A stretch of DNA of 62,235 nucleotides, filler included, from Choristocarpus tenellus KU-1152 (lineage: Eukaryota > Protista > Phaeophyceae): NCBI GenBank assembly GCA_964200185.2. It is 10 parts of 10 records of this genome, joined end to end, with 100 filler letters (N's around TTAATTAATTAA, not from the genome) between each part and the next. Parts side by side here need not be neighbours in the genome. Positions count along the whole stretch, not along the records: positions 59,141 to 62,235 come from CAXNAD020022358.1; 9 more parts are not named here. One strand, written 5' to 3'. Below the pieces are notes generated by a model that was not told the origin of the DNA, made no database searches, and saw only the letters and a program-made list of their open reading frames with translations. The position numbers and the translations under genes are program-made. Position 1 is the stretch's first letter. The number at the start of each line of letters is the position of its first letter. Shown here piece by piece: positions 59,422 through 62,235 of this stretch.

Positions 59422-61900
59422 ATTATCGAGAAGGACTCGGCTCTACGCGCTTACCTCTCCTCCTGGGATGGGAAATACCAGCATGTACTCAACCAGGTCA
59501 ACCTCCACCAGGTTCACAGCGGGCGGGAGTGTGATGGCGGCAGCGCAGAAGTTGAGAGCAAGAACGGATCAGCATCAGATGACCTTGAGAAAGAAGACGA
59601 GGGAGGGAACAGACTGCCAGACAGGGAGGATACGGGCGAAGGGGGTTCTGTCGGCAGTGTTCCTAGTGTAGAAGAAGAACAAAACGAAGAGGGAGGGTGG
59701 AACGCGGGCGTTTGCTGTACTGAATGCAATCCTCCGCCTACGTCTCGGTTAGTAATGTAGTTGTAACGGTGCATGTGTAGGGCGGAGTTCAATTAATAGC
59801 GTAAGATTGGTTTCCATCCAATCCCCCGAACGGATAGAAACGTTGTATCTTTTCAGCGGCACACGCCATTGAATCCATGGTATATTGCGGGGTCCCTCTA
59901 TGTGCGGCGCTGCGGTCGCTACCCCCGTGTCTCTTTATTTGCCACTGTCCGATTGTGTGTTAATGCATGTACATCACCGACTGTTGTATCTCACCTGTAC
60001 TACTTCGTACTGTTTTGCGCGGCCAATTTCGTGGTCCTTCGTAACTGTGGATCCCCGCGTTGCGTTGTTGTGCCCAATTGATGATCTCGAAAAATACTAT
60101 ACTGTCTGTTTAATGCTCTGATTCGATGACACGCGTGACAGGTATTCATGCCCAAAGTGCTCCATCACGCATATGGGCGAGTGTGCCTACATGGAGATTA
60201 GAGACGACGAGAGGCACAAGGATCGATTATGTATCAATTGCCCCATGGCACAGGAGGGCAGTGAAGGATCTGGATCGGTGGGGAACGAAGCGGCGGGTCG
60301 GGGCAGGGGCAAGGGCAAGGGTAAGGCTCGCGTAAGGAGCGCGGGTGGGTCACCCACGACGCAAAGCCTTTTACGTCCCCCCTCACGCAGCGAAACGGCC
60401 GACATGGAGAAGTGCATGTGGGTCTCGGCGTGGTTGCACATTATACAGACACACAAGCCGTCTCTGCGTGTTTGTTTTCGCGTTGGTTTGCACATAAGTC
60501 TTGACTGCTTGTACATCATGTGGATTGCTCGTCCTTTGTACCTTGGATGTGTCACTTTTTTGGAGGGTTCCATGGGCCATGGAACTTAGTGTTTTGACGT
60601 CTACCGTCCTTCCACGAGATGTATCTGATGAGTCTGGCGTTGTGGAGGGTACGGCCTGACATTTTGGAGATGCTGCGGAAATATTGTCAGGAACTCAATT
60701 AATGAAAAGATTGCCTGCACCATAGCTTACTATGCCATCCTTCTTGTCGTGCTGTTTGTCTACTGTGTTGTGTGTCATGATGTCCAAGATGGAGTGAGAA
60801 CACTGCACTACACGACCTTCGCCCTCTCGACCCCACGGTATCCTTAGACAAACTTGGTGATTTCGCCTTCCGCAACGCGCCAAAAGTCGCCATAGTGTCC
60901 ATTTCCGCCGAGCCAAGACTCCTCATCGACGAAGAGGCGACCAACACACACCTGCGCGAGATGCTTCAGTGCTTGCGGCCTAAGATGCATCCTCAGGGCA
61001 CCATCGCGCTCATTGTGCCCCACCCGTGGAAGGCGAAATTACACCGCCTAGTAGGTGAGTTGCAGAGCTCGCAAGTGCTGGAATACGGGGTATATTGCGG
61101 GAGACCGATATGATCCGGGTGGTCGTTATCATTCCGTCCCTGTGCCGATCGAATATTGTGCGACCGTTCAGGAGATGCGGATTAGGTTGTGTGTATTCCT
61201 TTTTCACTTTCCCCATGTTGTCTCATGTCCTTCGTACCTTCTACTTCCTTTTGTATCGCTTGCTCTTTCCCCCCGGCAACTACGTACTTCTTTATTTCAT
61301 TGTCCGCGAATCACATGCTGGCGTTACTCTTCTTCACTACATTGTTTTTGCCATATTTACTTCTATTATTACTTAGTTTCCTATTGTTTGCATTTTTTGC
61401 ATTGGTTATTTGCCTTGCGTTCCACACTCATTGTACTATTATAATGTTAGTTGTATGAGATTTCATTAATCCCTACTATAACTACTTGTGTGATGTCACT
61501 GTCAAGTTTGACGGATGTCGGACCCACGCGCTCGCTCCCGCCTTCTCTTCAATCAGAGGCTCTTACTGCGTTGAAGGTGGGCTTGGTTGTGGAGGATCAT
61601 CCCCTAACCCTAATATACAAGACGAGGAGGGGGGGGCGCCCTCAATTAGGCACAGATAACCATCTCAGATGTTGTCAGGACATGATTCTTCTTGCGCACA
61701 ACGATGGGACAATGTTCACATGCAATAAGTGAGTCACCATCGACAACATCTTTGGCCACGGGTGTGATGCATCTCCTCTAGTACTCCAAACCATGTTGGA
61801 CGTCGAATACGAAGGTGCTGCCTCGGACATCCCCATGAGGGCCCTCCACTTCCTCGTTAACAGGTTCATTAATAACGTCACACACATCCTTCTTCACAGA
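59422..61900 (+). pseudogene. Spliced gene or remnant with a PHD-like zinc finger and a possible methyltransferase-like region
   Basis: Exon 59422-59747 splices in phase to 60142, giving CTEC..R|YSCPKCSITHMGEC..LCINC. Further coding-like patches at ~60789-61185 and ~61650-61900 carry a frameshift and a stop. Confidence 0.45.
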
Positions 61901-62235
61901 AGCAGCGATTTTTTTTTTGTAGAAGGTGTAGGACATCGTTAAACAGTAACAGAACGAGCTGGGTGACGGTTCAGGGGCGTCAATCCATCCCACGAGTTTG
62001 TTTCCCGAATCGGTACGTTAAGCGTCAAAACGCACCAAGAGTGTGTTGCCCTATATCGGAACGTTACTCATACACTGCGAAACGATGAATATGTGCGCAA
62101 TACAATATATAATGCTAGGGCTAATTTATGAACTGCCCTCCTACGATAGGTACACGAATGCTGGGGACACCGTCGTCTCCTACAGCGCAGAGAGGCACAA
62201 TGTGGTGGAGGCGGCCCTTGAACGGAGCAGGAGGG

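Overview
Eukaryotic, intron-rich, transposon-rich DNA; the gene and transposon content points to a stramenopile, probably a brown alga or relative (inference). The window is not contiguous. Nine identical 100-bp linkers (N44-TTAATTAATTAA-N44) join ten contigs: 1-14944, 15045-20275, 20376-27694, 27795-31319, 31420-42638, 42739-45872, 45973-48598, 48699-55830, 55931-59040, 59141-62235. Adjacency across a linker is therefore meaningless. Host genes: a complete 13-exon DBP4/DDX10 RNA helicase head-to-head with biotin synthase BIO2 (partial); partial ERO1, SPT16 and eRF1; an intronless BTB-TLDc-BTB gene; an unknown multi-exon gene; and a degenerate PHD-like zinc-finger locus with a possible N4/N6 methyltransferase-like region. 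Mobile DNA: two mariner (DD39D-like) remnants, a two-gene PIF/Harbinger remnant, Sola2-like and MULE-like remnants, an RTE LINE fragment, several 3' ends of an RLE-type non-LTR retroelement arranged head-to-tail, three MITE families, and an AT-rich IS982-like fragment inside an SPT16 intron. All calls come from reading motifs by eye, with no database search. I cannot claim a proven new system. The best leads are the IS982-like intronic insert, the tail-targeting RLE retroelement, the PHD plus MTase-like locus and the MITE-Sola2 link.
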